From assembly GCA_964555735.1 (NCBI GenBank), contig CAZKTS010000129.1, positions 624 to 64,623 of the forward strand: DNA of 64,000 bases, in the 5' to 3' direction. The stretch is from an uncultured Bifidobacteriaceae bacterium (GTDB lineage Bacteria > Actinomycetota > Acidimicrobiia > IMCC26256 > PALSA-555). This document shows, in pieces, positions 1 through 8,753 of the stretch (its first letter is position 1; each line of letters opens with the position of its first letter). The notes under the pieces are model-generated. The model had not been told where the DNA came from. It saw only the letters and a program-made list of their open reading frames with translations, and ran no database searches. The translations under genes and the position numbers were made by a program.

Positions 1-1
1 G

Positions 2-2605
2 GTGAACGGGCTCACGAGCGCCGAGGCAGCCGCACGCCTGCACCGCGACGGCCCGAACCTCCTGCCGGTCGCGCGCCCGCCGGCGGCATGGCGGCAGCTG
101 GTCGGCGAGCTCACCCACTTCTTCGCGCTCCTGTTCTGGGTCGCGGGCGCCCTGGCGTTCGTCGTGGGCTTGCCGGAGCTGGGCATCGCGGTGTTCGTCG
201 TGGTGCTGCTCAATGCGGCCTTCGCGTTCGTGCAGCAGCGTCGCGCCGAGCATGCCGCCGAGCAGCTCCGGCGGCTGCTCCCGCGTCGCGTGACCGTGGT
301 GCGCGACGGCGTGCGGGTGGAGATCGGCGCGGACGACCTCGTGGTCGGCGACGTGATGGCTCTCGACGAAGGCGACCAGATCTCCGCTGATGCGTCCCTC
401 GACGAGGTGCACGCGTTGGCCGTCGACACGTCGTCGCTGACCGGTGAGAGCGTGCCGGAGCACCCCGCGGCGGGCGAGCTGGTCGCGGCCGGGTGCTTCG
501 TGACCGAGGGTGAGGCCACCGCCACGGTCGTCGCCACCGGCGCGAACACGCGCCTCGCCGGCATCACCCGACTCACGGAGCGGGCCCATCCTCCGGCGAC
601 GCCACTTCGTCGCGAGCTCGACCGAGTGTCGCGGACCATCGCGGCGATCGCGATCACGGTCGGGGTCGGCTTCTTCGGCATCGCGGTGCTCGTCGGCACG
701 CCGGCCTCGGACGGGTTCCTGTTCGCCGTCGGTGTCACCGTCGCGGTCGTGCCCTGCGGGCTCCTGCCGACGGTGACGCTCTCGCTCGCGATCGGCGCCC
801 AGCGGATGGCCGCGCGCAACGCCTTGGTGCGCAACCTCGAGGCGGTCGAGACGCTCGGATCCACGACCTTCGTCTGTACCGACAAGACGGGGACACTGAC
901 CCTGAACCAGATGACGGTGGTCGAGGTCTGGATGCCGGACGGCTCCGCCCGGATCGACGGCCCGGGGTACGCGCCCGAGGCCGTCGTGGACGTGGCACCC
1001 CCGGCCGAGGCAGCGCTGCGCCGGGTGGCTGCGGTCGCCCTTCGCTGCTCGAACGGGCGCATCATGAACGTCGACGGCGCATGGGTGGCTCACGGTGACC
1101 CCATGGAGGCCGCGCTCGACGCGCTTGCCCGGCGCGTCGATGCGCCGCCGGTGGAGGGCGAAGAACGACACCGGTTTCCCTTCGATCCCCGGCGACGGCG
1201 GATGTCGGTCATCGTCGGCGAGCGACTGCTCGTGAAGGGTGCGCCGGACGCGGTGCTGCCGCGGTGCGCAGGATCGGTCGACGAAGCGGCGAAGGCAGTG
1301 GACGAGCTCGCGCGTCGTGGTCTGCGGGTGCTCGCGATCGCGGATCGCCCGGCGCCGTCCGACGACGAGCGGTCACCCGAACGCGTCGAGCGGGACCTCG
1401 AGCTGCTCGGCCTGGTCGCGCTGGAGGATCCGCCTCGTCCGGCCGCGCGCGGTGCGATCGCCTCGTGTCGCCGCGCCGGCATCCGGGTCGCCATGATCAC
1501 CGGCGATCACCCGTCGACCGCGGCGGCGATCGCGGCCGAGGTCGGGCTCGCGGCCGAGGTCGGGCTCGCGGGTGGTGACGCGACGGTGCTGCTCGGCGCG
1601 GACCTTCCCGACGACGACGCCGTGCTCGCCTCGCTGGTGGACCGGGACGGCATCGTGCTGGCGCGGGTGGCGCCGGAGGACAAGTTGCGCATCGCCCGCG
1701 CGCTCCAGGGTTGCGGGCACGTCGTGGCCATGACCGGTGACGGCGTGAACGACGCGCCGGCCCTTCGGGAAGCCGCCATCGGTGTGGCGATGGGGGAGTC
1801 CGGCACCGACGTGGCGCGCGAGGCAGCCGACCTGGTGCTCCTCGACGACGACTTCGCCACGATCGTCGCGGCGATCGAACAGGGGCGGTCGACGTTCTCG
1901 AACATCCGGCGCTTCCTCACGTACCACCTCACCGACAACGTCGCCGAGCTCGCTCCGTTCGTCGTCTGGGCCCTCTCGGGCGGCCGCTTCCCGCTTGCGC
2001 TCGGCGTCCTCCAGGTGCTCGCCCTCGATGTCGGCACCGACATCGCGCCGGCGCTCGCGCTCGGCGCCGAACCGCCGGCCGCGCACGTGCTCGATCGGCC
2101 GCCGGCCCAGCGTCACCTGATCGATCGCCGGCTGCTGCTGCGCGCCTTCGGCTGGCTCGGACCGACCGAGGCCCTGGTCTCGTTGACCGCCTTCGTCGCG
2201 ACCTTCGTGGCCTGGGGCTGGCGCCCGGGTGATCCATTCCCCGGGGGCGCGATCCTGCTCGCGGCATCGGGTGCGACCTTCACCGCGGTGGTGATCGGAC
2301 AGGTCGCCAACGCGTTCGCCTGTCGCAGCACCCGACTCTTCGCGTGGGAGGTGCCGGTCCGGCGCAACCCGCTGCTCCTCTGGGCGCTGGCGACCGAGGT
2401 CGGGCTGCTCGTCCTGTTCCTCGTCGTCCCGCCCCTCGCCGACCTGCTCGACCAGGCGCCGCCCACCTGGGTGGGTCTCGGCGTCGCCGTCCTCGCCGCG
2501 CCGGCCGTTCTGCTCGTCGACGCGGTGCAGAAGCAGGTCGCAGTGCGACCGCGGTTTGCGCGTCCCTCGGTGCCCGTCAGTCCGGACCGAACAGGCGCCG
2601 GGTGA
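2..2605 (+). CDS. P-type cation-transporting ATPase (P2-like architecture, CtpF-like)
   Basis: 867-aa ORF. Has TGES (SLTGESVPE), phosphorylation site DKTGTLT, hinge [11 protein letters not shown], and an N-terminal GLTSAEAAARL typical of the Cation_ATPase_N domain. GTG start sits at the window edge, so the true start could be upstream. Confidence 0.9.
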   Translation: MNGLTSAEAAARLHRDGPNLLPVARPPAAWRQLVGELTHFFALLFWVAGALAFVVGLPELGIAVFVVVLLNAAFAFVQQRRAEHAAEQLRRLLPRRVTVVRDGVRVEIGADDLVVGDVMALDEGDQISADASLDEVHALAVDTSSLTGESVPEHPAAGELVAAGCFVTEGEATATVVATGANTRLAGITRLTERAHPPATPLRRELDRVSRTIAAIAITVGVGFFGIAVLVGTPASDGFLFAVGVTVAVVPCGLLPTVTLSLAIGAQRMAARNALVRNLEAVETLGSTTFVCTDKTGTLTLNQMTVVEVWMPDGSARIDGPGYAPEAVVDVAPPAEAALRRVAAVALRCSNGRIMNVDGAWVAHGDPMEAALDALARRVDAPPVEGEERHRFPFDPRRRRMSVIVGERLLVKGAPDAVLPRCAGSVDEAAKAVDELARRGLRVLAIADRPAPSDDERSPERVERDLELLGLVALEDPPRPAARGAIASCRRAGIRVAMITGDHPSTAAAIAAEVGLAAEVGLAGGDATVLLGADLPDDDAVLASLVDRDGIVLARVAPEDKLRIARALQGCGHVVAMTGDGVNDAPALREAAIGVAMGESGTDVAREAADLVLLDDDFATIVAAIEQGRSTFSNIRRFLTYHLTDNVAELAPFVVWALSGGRFPLALGVLQVLALDVGTDIAPALALGAEPPAAHVLDRPPAQRHLIDRRLLLRAFGWLGPTEALVSLTAFVATFVAWGWRPGDPFPGGAILLAASGATFTAVVIGQVANAFACRSTRLFAWEVPVRRNPLLLWALATEVGLLVLFLVVPPLADLLDQAPPTWVGLGVAVLAAPAVLLVDAVQKQVAVRPRFARPSVPVSPDRTGAG
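1531..1566 (+). repeat. Perfect 18-bp tandem duplication (cgcggccgaggtcgggct x2) inside the ATPase gene
   Basis: Read directly. Gives an in-frame AAEVGL-AAEVGL duplication in the protein. Confidence 0.9.
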
Positions 2606-3239
2606 CGGCGGCGAAGCCGGCCCGATCGAGGGCGATCTGGAGTCCGTCGTCGTCGTGGTGGATGTCGAGCGACGGGCAGAAGTGGAGCTCGCCGTCGAGC
2701 ACGAACGTGGGCGAGCCGGGGACGCCGAGCGCGCGACCGTGCTCGAGCTCGGCGATGACCTCGGCGCGATCAGCGGCATCCGGGTACGGCAGCCCGTACT
2801 CGTGCGCGATCGCGTCGAGGTGCCGTGGCATGGAGATGTCGACGCCACGCTCGAAGAGGGCCGCGCGCAGCGCAAGGTTGACGCGTTCGCCGGTGGCGGC
2901 ATCGACGTGCGCGGCGTGCGCCGCGAGCGCCAGCGCCGGCAGCGAGGTCAGGGGCCACGTGTTCGGGTCGAAGCCGCGGAACAGCTCGGGCGCCACCGCA
3001 CGTCGGAGTGCTTCGATGTCCGCGGCCGCCGTGGTCGCGGCCAGCGGTGCCCCGTTCACCAGCTCGAGCGGCCAGGCGCGCACCCGCAAGAGCGGGCGGG
3101 ACTGACCGAGCGCGCTCCGACGGTCGACGAGGCGGCGCAGCCCGACGTACGCGAACGGGCAGACCACGTCCGCGTAGACGTCGACGACATCGGGAACCGG
3201 AGGGGCTGCGGCGTCGTCGCGCGGCGGCGTCGCGCTCAC
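2577..3239 (-). CDS. DsbA-family thioredoxin-fold oxidoreductase
   Basis: 220-aa ORF. N-terminal VVDVYADVVCPFAYVG matches the DsbA/2-hydroxychromene-2-carboxylate isomerase-like Cxx motif region. GTG start overlaps the upstream stop (GTGA). Confidence 0.7.
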   Translation of the reverse strand: MSATPPRDDAAAPPVPDVVDVYADVVCPFAYVGLRRLVDRRSALGQSRPLLRVRAWPLELVNGAPLAATTAAADIEALRRAVAPELFRGFDPNTWPLTSLPALALAAHAAHVDAATGERVNLALRAALFERGVDISMPRHLDAIAHEYGLPYPDAADRAEVIAELEHGRALGVPGSPTFVLDGELHFCPSLDIHHDDDGLQIALDRAGFAAVTRRLFGPD

Positions 3240-3439
3240 TGCTCGAGGCGTGCCCGCGCGTCGATGACGGTGACCTGGCGGGGAATGCCGTCGTCGTCGA
3301 TCTCGGCATCGATCTCGTCGACCACCTCGACGGTGGTCGTCTCGATGCCCTCCTCGACGTCCACGGTCACGGTCTCGACCGCGTCGATGACGCCGTCGTC
3401 GTCGAGGTCGAGATAGCGGTGGTCCGTCGATTCGTTCAT
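3236..3439 (-). CDS. 67-aa highly acidic protein with an EF-hand-like loop
   Basis: Internal ATG of the 3236..4195 ORF. ATGA overlap with the upstream gene's stop. Sequence MNESTDHRYLDLDDDGVIDAVE... fits the D-x-D-x-D-G-x-I-x-x-x-E calcium loop. Confidence 0.5.
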   Translation of the reverse strand: MNESTDHRYLDLDDDGVIDAVETVTVDVEEGIETTTVEVVDEIDAEIDDDGIPRQVTVIDARARLEQ

Positions 3440-4773
3440 GAGGCCAGTCCTCTCATCGTCGGGTTGGAACGGCTCGGCAGGTGCCAGGCGAACCAGGTGG
3501 CCGCGGCGTGGGCGACCGCATCGAGCTCGCCTGGGCCTTCGAACAGGTGACCGGCACCCGGCACCACCATCACGTGGTGCCGGCACCGCAGCAGCCGGGT
3601 CGCCTGACGGTTGAGCGCGAGCACCTCGGGGTCGGCCCCGCCGACGATGAGGAGCGTCGGCGCGGTGACCGCTGCGAGCCGGTCGCCGGCGAGATCCACA
3701 CGCCCGCCCCGCGAGACCACGGCGTGGGCGGTGATCCCCGGGTCGGCCGCGGCGCGAAGGGCGGCCGCTGCGCCGGTGCTCGCCCCGAAGAAGCCGACGG
3801 CGTGCGGCCCGATCTCGGCTTCGAGCCAGTGGGTCGCGGCGACCAGGCGACGGGTGAGGAGCTCGATGTCGAAGACGTTCGGGCGGTGCTCGGCCTCGGC
3901 GGGGGTGAGGAGATCGAACAGCAGGGTGCCGACGCGCTCGCGGTGGAGGTGCTCGGCGACCTGGCGGTTGCGGGGGCTCTGCGCGCTGCTGCCGCTGCCG
4001 TGGGCGAAGACGACGACGCCGCGTGCCCCCGCGGGGACGGTGAGGTGCCCCCGGAGCGTGACGCCGTCGACGGCCAGCTCGACGTCGCGATCGATGTCGT
4101 CCTCCGACGCCGGGGCGTCCGGATCGGCGTCCTGGGCTTCGGCGAGGAGACGGATCACCTCGTCGTCGCCAACCTGCGAGAAGTCGCGGTACCACTGGCC
4201 CACCGCGGAGAAGTGGGGCGGCGTCGCGACGCAGATGAAGGCATCGACGATCTGCTCCAGCGCGTCGGCAGTGTCGGGCGCGGCAACGGGCGTGGCGAGC
4301 ACCACGCGGGCTGCGCCACGGTGTCGGGCGATCTCGACCGCGACCCGCGCCGTGCTCCCCGTCGCGATGCCGTCGTCGACGATGATCACCGTGCGGCCCT
4401 GGATGGGAAGCAACGGTCGACCGGCGCGGTACACCTCCCCTCGGCGTTCGAGCTCGTGGCGCTCGCGCGCCTCGACCTCGGCCAGCTCCCGCGCGGTCAC
4501 GTCGATGCTGCGCAGGATCGTGGGCTCCAGCACCCGGCTGCCGTCCTCACCGATCGCGCCCATGGCGAGCTCGGGGTGGAACGGCACGCCCAGCTTGCGC
4601 ACCATCAGGACGTCGAGCGGAGCGCGCAGCCGAGCCGCGACCTCGGCCGCGACGGGCACGCCGCCCCGAGGAAGGGCGAGGACGATCGGACGCTCAGGCG
4701 CGAGCCGATCGAGTTGGGCCGCGAGTGCCTCGCCGGCCTCCCGGCGGTCGGCGAAGGGCAGCCCCGTGCTCAC
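3436..4773 (-). CDS. Phosphoribosyltransferase-like domain fused to dienelactone hydrolase / alpha-beta hydrolase domain
   Basis: 445 aa. N-terminal half has FADRREAG...ALPRGGVPVA...IIVDDGIATG (PRTase fold). C-terminal half has VVFAHGSGSS...GAGHLF (hydrolase). GTGA overlap with the upstream gene. Confidence 0.85.
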   Translation of the reverse strand: MSTGLPFADRREAGEALAAQLDRLAPERPIVLALPRGGVPVAAEVAARLRAPLDVLMVRKLGVPFHPELAMGAIGEDGSRVLEPTILRSIDVTARELAEVEARERHELERRGEVYRAGRPLLPIQGRTVIIVDDGIATGSTARVAVEIARHRGAARVVLATPVAAPDTADALEQIVDAFICVATPPHFSAVGQWYRDFSQVGDDEVIRLLAEAQDADPDAPASEDDIDRDVELAVDGVTLRGHLTVPAGARGVVVFAHGSGSSAQSPRNRQVAEHLHRERVGTLLFDLLTPAEAEHRPNVFDIELLTRRLVAATHWLEAEIGPHAVGFFGASTGAAAALRAAADPGITAHAVVSRGGRVDLAGDRLAAVTAPTLLIVGGADPEVLALNRQATRLLRCRHHVMVVPGAGHLFEGPGELDAVAHAAATWFAWHLPSRSNPTMRGLAS

Positions 4774-5951
4774 GCGCGGGCTCCGGTCGGGGTGCCGCGG
4801 CCGTGCACGCCGGTCTGCGCGCGGGGCGTGCGGAGCGACGCGAGGTCGAGGGCGCGACGCACGTCGGTCGCGGTCACGATCCCGACGACGTCGTTGCCCG
4901 CGAGCACGAGGGCGCGGCCGTTGGACGAGGGAGTGGTGGCGATCCGCTGGAGGAGGTCGGTCACGGACTCGTCGGCCGCGCCGGTGGCGAGCCGCTCCAG
5001 CGGTGTTGCGACGTCGCCGACCGTCGTGGTCGGCCAGTGCGCGCGGTCCACGCGCTTCACCTGCGCGAGCGTCACCAGGCCGCTCACGCTGCCGTCCCGC
5101 CGCACGGTCGGGAAGGCCGAGCAGTCGTAGCGAAGGAACCAGTCGTCGACGGCCGCGTCGAGCACGACGTCGGCCGGGATCGTCTGCGGGTGCTCACTCA
5201 TGATGTCGCGTACCCGTACGCCCGCCAGCGCATGCTCGAGCAGCTCGTGGGTGGCTTCGGCCCGCGCGGCCGAGAGCAGGAACCAGCCCAGCAGCACGAA
5301 CCAGACCGCGGCGACGTCGCCGAGGAAGAAGAGGACGATGCCCCCGCCGATCATGACGTAGCCGAGCACGGCACCTGACGTCGTCGCGATCTCGGTGGCT
5401 CGACCGCGGTCGTGCGTGCGCGCCCACACGATGGCGTGCAGCACGCGCCCGCCGTCGAGGGGGGCGCCGGGAAGCAGGTTGAACGCGGCGAGGATCAGGT
5501 TCAGCACGCCGAGCCACGCGAGGACCGCCACGACGAGGTCCGAGAGCCCGAGTCCGGCGGCAACCGCCGCGGCGGCCGTGAACACGCCGGCGAGCAGTGC
5601 GCTCGTGGCGGGCCCGACGATGGCGATGCGCAGCTCGTCGCGCGCCGAGTGCGCCTCGCCGTGCAGCTGCGAGACGCCACCGAGCAGCCAGAGGGTGATG
5701 CCGTCGACCTCGACGCCGTGGCGCTCGGCGACGACCGAGTGGGCGAGCTCGTGCGCGAGCAGGCTCGCGAACAGCGCGAGCACGCCGATCGCCGCCGCGA
5801 CCCAGTACGCCACGTCCGAGGATCCCGGGGCGAGGTCAGGGAGCGCGGCGTCGGCGAGGCTCCAGGTGAAGAGGGCCATCAGGACGATGACGCTCCAGTG
5901 GAGCCCGACGTCGATGCGGGCGATCCGGCCGAGGCGCAGCGTGGGATGCAT
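4770..5951 (-). CDS. M50 (site-2 protease family) zinc metalloprotease with C-terminal CBS pair
   Basis: 393 aa. HELAHSVV (HExxH) lies in a multi-TM N-terminal half, followed by a CBS-like C-terminal domain. Confidence 0.85.
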   Translation of the reverse strand: MHPTLRLGRIARIDVGLHWSVIVLMALFTWSLADAALPDLAPGSSDVAYWVAAAIGVLALFASLLAHELAHSVVAERHGVEVDGITLWLLGGVSQLHGEAHSARDELRIAIVGPATSALLAGVFTAAAAVAAGLGLSDLVVAVLAWLGVLNLILAAFNLLPGAPLDGGRVLHAIVWARTHDRGRATEIATTSGAVLGYVMIGGGIVLFFLGDVAAVWFVLLGWFLLSAARAEATHELLEHALAGVRVRDIMSEHPQTIPADVVLDAAVDDWFLRYDCSAFPTVRRDGSVSGLVTLAQVKRVDRAHWPTTTVGDVATPLERLATGAADESVTDLLQRIATTPSSNGRALVLAGNDVVGIVTATDVRRALDLASLRTPRAQTGVHGRGTPTGARA

Positions 5952-5985
5952 GCTCCGACCATCGTCGGGTCCGGCCGCAGGGACG

Positions 5986-6001
5986 AGGGTCGAAGGTCCC
6001 G
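5986..6001 (-). promoter_or_regulatory. Candidate operator, CGGGACCTTCGACCCT on the minus strand (GGGAC-N4-GACCC)
   Basis: 16-mer identical to 13445..13460. Lies 35-50 nt upstream of the M50 protease start, in the same orientation relative to its gene. Confidence 0.45.
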
Positions 6002-6024
6002 ACTCGGGACGGCGTCGGTCCCGG

Positions 6025-8733
6025 TCAGCCCCGAAGGCGTCGGAGGTCGCCCGGCGGGCCGGCGGGTGCCGGGGCCAGTCGGGCCCGCAGGTCGACGATC
6101 CGGGCGCCGTCGGTCCCCACCAGCACCGGGTTGGCGTCGAGCTCGACGAGCTCCGGCACTGCGGCGGCCAGGAGGCCGACCCGGAGCACCACCTCCTCGA
6201 GGGCGGCGACGTCGGCTGGTGGCCGGTTGCGGTACCCGAGGAGGAGTGGCGCGCCCCGCAGCGAGCGCACCGCGTCGTGGGCGTCCTGGTCGGTGAGCGG
6301 CGCGAAGCGCAGTGCGGTGTCCCGCAGCAGCTCGGCCTGGACGCCGCCGAGGCCCACCAGCACCAGCGGTCCGAAGAGCGGATCGCGGGTGCACCCGACG
6401 ATCATCTCGACGCCCTCGTCGGCCATCACCTGCACGACCGCGCCGCCCATGGTGTCGCCGAGCCGTTCGTGCATCGCGCTGAATGCTTCCCGGGTGGCGT
6501 CCGGCGTCGCGAGCTCCAGGGCGACCCCGCCCACGTCGGTCTTGTGCACGAGCGCGGGCGACGCGGCCTTGAGCGCCACGGGGCGATCGAACGCCGCCGC
6601 GGCATCGGCGGCTTCCTCTGCCGTCGCGACCACGCGGCTCGGGACCGTCGCGATGCCGAACGCCGCGAGCAGTGCCTGCACGGTCGCGTACGGCGCCCAG
6701 CCGCCGTCGGGGTGCTCACGAACGAACTCCTCGGCAACCGCGCGGGCGCGCTCTTCGTCGATGTCGTCGTACGACGGCAGGACGCCCGCGGGGCGGGACC
6801 GCCAGGCCGCGTGGCGGGCGACCCGTCCGAGCGCGCCGGCTGCCGCCTCGGGGAACGCGTACGTAGGGACGGTGCGCGCACCGGGATCCGAGCGCGGGAG
6901 GACGCCGGTGCGACCGAGGAAGCATGCGGTGATCGTCGTGTCGGTGGCCCGGGCTGCGGCGGCGACCAGCGCGGCGGCGACGTCGTCGGCTCGGGTCACG
7001 AGCGGGGGCACGAAGATCACCAGCAGCGCGTCGACGTCGGGGTCGGCGACGAGGATGTCGAGCGTGGCCCGGTACACGTCGGCGGAGGCCGAGGCCACGA
7101 GGTCGATCGGGTTGCTCACCGAGCCGTCGGGCGACACGACCGCGCGCAGGGCATCCTGGGTCGCCGCGGACAGCTCGTCCACCTGGAGACCCGCGGTGAC
7201 GCAGGCGTCCGCGGCGAGGATGCCGGGTCCGCCGCCGTTGCTGACGATCGCGACCCGCGGGCCACGGGGAAGCGGCTGGTGCACCGCGATGCTCGCGGTG
7301 TCGAAGAGCTCCTCGAGCGTGTCGACACGGATCACCCCGGCCTCGTGCAGGAGGGTGTCGACCACGTCGTCGGGCGCGGCGAGCGCCGCCGTGTGCGACG
7401 ACGTCCCCCGGGCGCCGGCCACGGTGCGGCCGCTCTTCACCGCGATGATCGGCGTGGTCCGGCCCACCTCCCGGGCCAGGCGGGCGAACTTCGTCGGGTT
7501 GCCGAACGACTCGAGGTAGAGGAGCACCACATGGGTGTCGGGGTCCTCGCCCCAGAGCTGGAGGAGGTCGTTGCTGCTCACGTCGGCCTTGTTGCCGAGG
7601 GAGACGAAGCTCGAGATCCCGAGATCCCGGACGCCGGACTCGGCGAGCAGCTCGATGCCGAGCCCTCCCGACTGCGATGCGAACGCGATGTGCCCGGGCA
7701 CCGGGGGATCGGGTGCGAAGGTGGCGTTCATCTGCACGCCGGGCGCGGTGTTGACCACACCCATGCAGTTGGGCCCGATCATGCGGATGCCGTTGGCGCG
7801 CAGCCGCCGCACCAAGGCGCGCTCCGCGTCCCGGTGCTCCCCGCCGAGCTCGGCGAACCCGGCCGAGATGACCACCAGCCCGCGGACGCCCTTGCGGATG
7901 CAGTCGTCGACGATGCCGTCCACGAGCTCGGCGCGCACGCAGACGACCGCGAGGTCGACCGGGCCGGGCACCGCGGCGAGGTCGGGATGCGCAGCCACGC
8001 CCGCCACGGAGCTCGCGTTCGGGTTGATCGGGTAGACCGGCCCGGCGAAGTCGCCGGCCAGCAGGTTGCGGAGGACGCCGTTGCCGATGGTGTCGGCGCG
8101 GCGACTGGCACCGATGACGGCGATGGAGCTCGGGGCCAGGATGCGCGCGACGGAGCGCGCCTCGCTGACCTGCTCGCGGTGCTCGCGTGCGCGGATCGAG
8201 GCACGGCTCGGGCGGAGGTCGAGCACGACGTCGACCTCGCCGTGGGAGGACGTGCGCCGGACGCCGAAGCCCGCGTCCGCAAAGACGTCGAGCATCGCCG
8301 TGTTGCTCGCGAGGACGACCGCGACGAACTGCTCGATGCCGTGGGTCTGCGCGTAGGCCGCGAGGTGCTCCAGCATCACGGTGGCGATGCCGCGTCCCTG
8401 CTGGTCGTCGGCGACCGTGAACGCGACCTCGGCCCGACCGTTGCTCACGAGCGCATACCGCGCCGCGGCGACGACACGCTCGCCCAGCTCGGCCACGAGT
8501 GCGTACCGCTGCGCGTAGTCGAGGTCGGTCAGGCGCTCGAGGTCTCGCGCGGTCGGCGCCGGCACCGGTGAGAAGAACCGCTGGAAGAGCGACTCGGCCG
8601 AGAGGTGGTCGTAGAGGTCGACGAGGCGGTCGCCGTCGTCCCCACGCATCGGCCGCAGGTGGACGGTGCCGCCGTCGGCGAGGGCGACGTCGACCGCCCA
8701 CGCCTCGGGGTACGGCAACCCCTCCCCGGCCAT
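6025..8733 (-). CDS. GNAT acetyltransferase fused to NDP-forming acyl-CoA synthetase (Pat-like protein acetyltransferase / acetate-CoA ligase family)
   Basis: N-terminal GNAT (QQGRGIATVMLEHL), CoA-binding/succinyl-CoA-synthetase-like middle, ATP-grasp C-terminus. Start moved to MAGEGLPYPEAW (ATG at 8733) because the longer ORF overlaps the adh gene. Confidence 0.85.
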   Translation of the reverse strand: MAGEGLPYPEAWAVDVALADGGTVHLRPMRGDDGDRLVDLYDHLSAESLFQRFFSPVPAPTARDLERLTDLDYAQRYALVAELGERVVAAARYALVSNGRAEVAFTVADDQQGRGIATVMLEHLAAYAQTHGIEQFVAVVLASNTAMLDVFADAGFGVRRTSSHGEVDVVLDLRPSRASIRAREHREQVSEARSVARILAPSSIAVIGASRRADTIGNGVLRNLLAGDFAGPVYPINPNASSVAGVAAHPDLAAVPGPVDLAVVCVRAELVDGIVDDCIRKGVRGLVVISAGFAELGGEHRDAERALVRRLRANGIRMIGPNCMGVVNTAPGVQMNATFAPDPPVPGHIAFASQSGGLGIELLAESGVRDLGISSFVSLGNKADVSSNDLLQLWGEDPDTHVVLLYLESFGNPTKFARLAREVGRTTPIIAVKSGRTVAGARGTSSHTAALAAPDDVVDTLLHEAGVIRVDTLEELFDTASIAVHQPLPRGPRVAIVSNGGGPGILAADACVTAGLQVDELSAATQDALRAVVSPDGSVSNPIDLVASASADVYRATLDILVADPDVDALLVIFVPPLVTRADDVAAALVAAAARATDTTITACFLGRTGVLPRSDPGARTVPTYAFPEAAAGALGRVARHAAWRSRPAGVLPSYDDIDEERARAVAEEFVREHPDGGWAPYATVQALLAAFGIATVPSRVVATAEEAADAAAAFDRPVALKAASPALVHKTDVGGVALELATPDATREAFSAMHERLGDTMGGAVVQVMADEGVEMIVGCTRDPLFGPLVLVGLGGVQAELLRDTALRFAPLTDQDAHDAVRSLRGAPLLLGYRNRPPADVAALEEVVLRVGLLAAAVPELVELDANPVLVGTDGARIVDLRARLAPAPAGPPGDLRRLRG

Positions 8734-8753
8734 AGGCGGCAGCGTATTGGGCG

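Noticed and set aside
5395-8571. 1058-aa plus-strand ORF (and many others, e.g. 1373..2902-, 15043..17067-, 18469..20370-, 39210..41399+, 43712..46576+, 48261..50381-, 56714..58576-)
   Set aside because: These are antisense or out-of-frame shadows of recognisable genes. They have Arg/Gly/Pro/Asp-rich low-complexity translations typical of stop-poor high-GC DNA, and no motifs.
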